64,000 nucleotides of DNA from an uncultured Gemmatimonadaceae bacterium (GTDB lineage Bacteria > Gemmatimonadota > Gemmatimonadetes > Gemmatimonadales > Gemmatimonadaceae). The DNA is taken from contig CAVUDW010000003.1 in the NCBI GenBank assembly GCA_963740355.1, forward strand, positions 1,280,001 through 1,344,000, given 5' to 3'. The position numbers were made by a program, and so were the translations under genes. This document shows, piece after piece, positions 61,593-64,000 of the stretch. How positions within the stretch are numbered: the stretch's first letter is position 1; each line of letters starts with the position of its first letter. A model generated the notes under the pieces. That model saw nothing but the letters and a program-made list of their open reading frames with translations. It had not been told where the DNA came from and ran no database searches.

Positions 61593-64000
61593 ATGACACA
61601 ACCCGACGGGCGGCCTGATCCAGACGAACTCCTCGAGCGTGTGCGCGAGGAGCAGGCCCCCCGTACGCGTGGTCGCTTCAAGCTGTTCTTCGGCGCTGCA
61701 CCCGGCGTCGGCAAGACGTTCACCATGCTGGAGGCAGCTGCTGCGCGTCGGAATGAAGGCGTCGACGTCGTCATCGGCATCGTCGAGACGCATGGTCGCA
61801 AGGATACGCTGAAGCTGACCGAGGGCTTCGAGGAGATTCCTCGCCGCACGGTGGAGCACCGCGGCACACACATCGAGGAGTTCGACATCGATGCCGCGTT
61901 GCTCCGCCGGCCGGCCCTGTTGCTGGTGGACGAGCTGGCACACACCAACGCACCCGGCAGCCGTCATGCGAAGCGGTGGCAGGATGTGGATGAGCTGCTC
62001 GACGCTGGGCTGGATGTCTACAGCACGCTCAATGTGCAGCATGTCGAAAGCCTGAACGACGTCATCGCCCAGATCACCGGGATCACGGTCCGCGAGACGG
62101 TGCCTGACACCGTGATGGCCGAGGCCGACGAGATCGAGTTGGTGGACGTCTCGCCCGAGGTGCTGATCGAACGGTTGCGCGACGGCAAGGTGTACGTCCC
62201 CGAGCAGGCGGCGCGCGCGCTGGACCGATTCTTCCGCAAGGGAAACCTGCTCGCACTGCGCGAACTCGCCTTGCGTCAGACGGCCAACCGCGTCGATGCC
62301 GACATGCGCGGCTGGATGAAGCGCAGCGGCATTCGCGACACATGGGCCGCCACCGACCGTGTGCTGGTCTGCATCGGGCGAGGCGATCGCGAGGATCGGC
62401 TGGTGCGTCGCGGCAAGCGACTGGCCGAGGCGCTCGATGCGGAGTGGATCGCGCTCAGTGTCGAACCGGTGGTGGCCGGCGGTTACAGCGACGATGACCG
62501 GGCCACGGTTGCCGAGCATCTGCGCCTCGCCGAGAGCCTCGGCGCGCGGGCGGTCACGCTGATGGGAGATCGCACTGCGGACGCGATCGCGAGTTTCGTC
62601 GAGGCGAACAACGTCACCCGCATCGTCGTCGGGCAGCCGCGGGTGAGTGCGATATCGTGGCGGCCGTGGCGCCGTCAATCGATGCTCGACGCCCTCGTGC
62701 AACGCGTCGAGAATGTCGATGTGCTGGTGGTCTCCGGTGACGCGGATGCCGACGGTGCTGCGACGTCGAGACGTCGAGCGCCGGCGCCACCAGCGGTCGG
62801 CTACGCGTGGGCTGCAGGGATCGTCGCGGCGGTGACTGCGATTGGCCTCGCGCTTCGGTCGAGTGTCAGCACCACCGACATCGCGATGTTGTACATCCTC
62901 GGTATCGCGATCGTCGGAAGTCGAGCGCGGTATCGGCCGGCACTGCTGGCGTCGGTGATGGCGATTGCGGCGTTCGACCTCTGCTTCGTGCCACCGTTCT
63001 ACACCTTCGCCGTGAGTGACGGCAACTACGTGTTGACGTTCGCCATGATGCTGATCGTGGCTGTCCTGGTCAGCCGGCTCACCAGCACACTCCGGGCGCA
63101 GGCCGACGCCGCGCAGTCGCGTGAGAGTCGGACCGCCGCCGCGTACGCACTCTCGGCAGATCTCAGTGCGGCAAAGGAACCAGCCGAGATCACGGGCGCC
63201 CTCGAGCGGCACAGCGCGTCGGTTGTCCCGGGGACGGCCAAGGTCACCATCCGCGATCTCGAAGGTGTCTTTCACTCCGACGACGGCGTGGAACGCTGGG
63301 CATACGAACATCGACAGATGGCCGGACTCGGCACACAGACCCTGCCGGCCAGCGCTGCGCTTTACTTGCCGCTGGTGGCGTCGGAAACCTCACTCGGTGT
63401 GTTGCGCATCGCGCCGACTGACGCGCGTGACGTGGCTGACCCCGTACGACGGCAGCTGCTGGAGTCGTTCGCGTCGCAGGCCGCGATTGCGCTGGAGCGG
63501 GTGGTGCTGGCTGCCGGCACACAACAGGCGCGCGTCGAGGTGGAGGCCGAACGCCTCCGCACCTCGCTGCTCAGCTCACTCTCGCATGACCTGCGCACAC
63601 CACTTGGTGCCATCGAGGGCGCCGCCAGCAGCCTGGTTGATAGTGGCGATGCGCTCACCAAGGAATCGCGGCGTGACCTGGCGCAGGCGATCGTCGAAGA
63701 ATCACGGCGCATGACCCGCATGGTCGGCAACCTCCTCGACATGATTCGTGTCGAGACGGGTGCACTCTCGGTGCATCAGGAATGGCAGCCGCTCGAAGAG
63801 GTGGTGAGCGTGGCGTTGCTACGCATGGACGAACGCCTGACCGGTCGCGTCGTGCATGTCGACCTGCCGCTGACACTGCCACTGGTGCGCATCGATGGCA
63901 TCCTGATCGAGCAGGTGCTGATCAACCTGCTCGAGAATGCGATCAAGTATTCGCCCGCCGGCTCGCCGATCGATCTCTCGGCCACCGCCACGCGTGACGA
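61593..64000 (+). CDS. kdpD: sensor histidine kinase KdpD (truncated by window end)
   Basis: Hand translation MTQPDGRPDPDELL..GAAPGVGKT, DELAHTN, KRWQDV; SHDLRT at about 63585 is in the same frame. Confidence 0.93.
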   Translation, partial: MTQPDGRPDPDELLERVREEQAPRTRGRFKLFFGAAPGVGKTFTMLEAAAARRNEGVDVVIGIVETHGRKDTLKLTEGFEEIPRRTVEHRGTHIEEFDIDAALLRRPALLLVDELAHTNAPGSRHAKRWQDVDELLDAGLDVYSTLNVQHVESLNDVIAQITGITVRETVPDTVMAEADEIELVDVSPEVLIERLRDGKVYVPEQAARALDRFFRKGNLLALRELALRQTANRVDADMRGWMKRSGIRDTWAATDRVLVCIGRGDREDRLVRRGKRLAEALDAEWIALSVEPVVAGGYSDDDRATVAEHLRLAESLGARAVTLMGDRTADAIASFVEANNVTRIVVGQPRVSAISWRPWRRQSMLDALVQRVENVDVLVVSGDADADGAATSRRRAPAPPAVGYAWAAGIVAAVTAIGLALRSSVSTTDIAMLYILGIAIVGSRARYRPALLASVMAIAAFDLCFVPPFYTFAVSDGNYVLTFAMMLIVAVLVSRLTSTLRAQADAAQSRESRTAAAYALSADLSAAKEPAEITGALERHSASVVPGTAKVTIRDLEGVFHSDDGVERWAYEHRQMAGLGTQTLPASAALYLPLVASETSLGVLRIAPTDARDVADPVRRQLLESFASQAAIALERVVLAAGTQQARVEVEAERLRTSLLSSLSHDLRTPLGAIEGAASSLVDSGDALTKESRRDLAQAIVEESRRMTRMVGNLLDMIRVETGALSVHQEWQPLEEVVSVALLRMDERLTGRVVHVDLPLTLPLVRIDGILIEQVLINLLENAIKYSPAGSPIDLSATATRD

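Overview
High-GC bacterial chromosomal segment; gene content resembles Gemmatimonadota (inference). About 48 CDS and no rRNA, tRNA or CRISPR array seen. In order: an MhqR-like MarR with a nitroreductase; CHAD-CYTH; a LysM/TerC/GT4/deacetylase/GT4 cluster; MATE and NhaR; a catalytically degenerate isocitrate-dehydrogenase-like protein; PAS kinases; a TonB/Oar-like receptor and S9 peptidase; a DEAD-box helicase; a VIT-VWA/ECF/anti-sigma cluster; beta-oxidation genes; an old yellow enzyme; peptidases; SPFH with an RHH regulator; and kdpFABC-porin(frameshifted)-kdpD. The main finding is a complete IS110 (IS621-like) element at 39531-40676 on the minus strand. It has CT cores at both ends, a circle-junction promoter and a readable bridge-RNA-like left end whose guides match its own donor junction and, in part, its insertion site. 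That site is one arm of a REP-like foldback belonging to a window-wide family of C[GA]C[AG]GAG heptad repeats. Other candidates: an IDH pseudoenzyme behind a LysR-type palindrome, and a membrane-anchored RNase-toxin-like/immunity-like gene pair. All family assignments come from reading motifs by eye; no searches were run.
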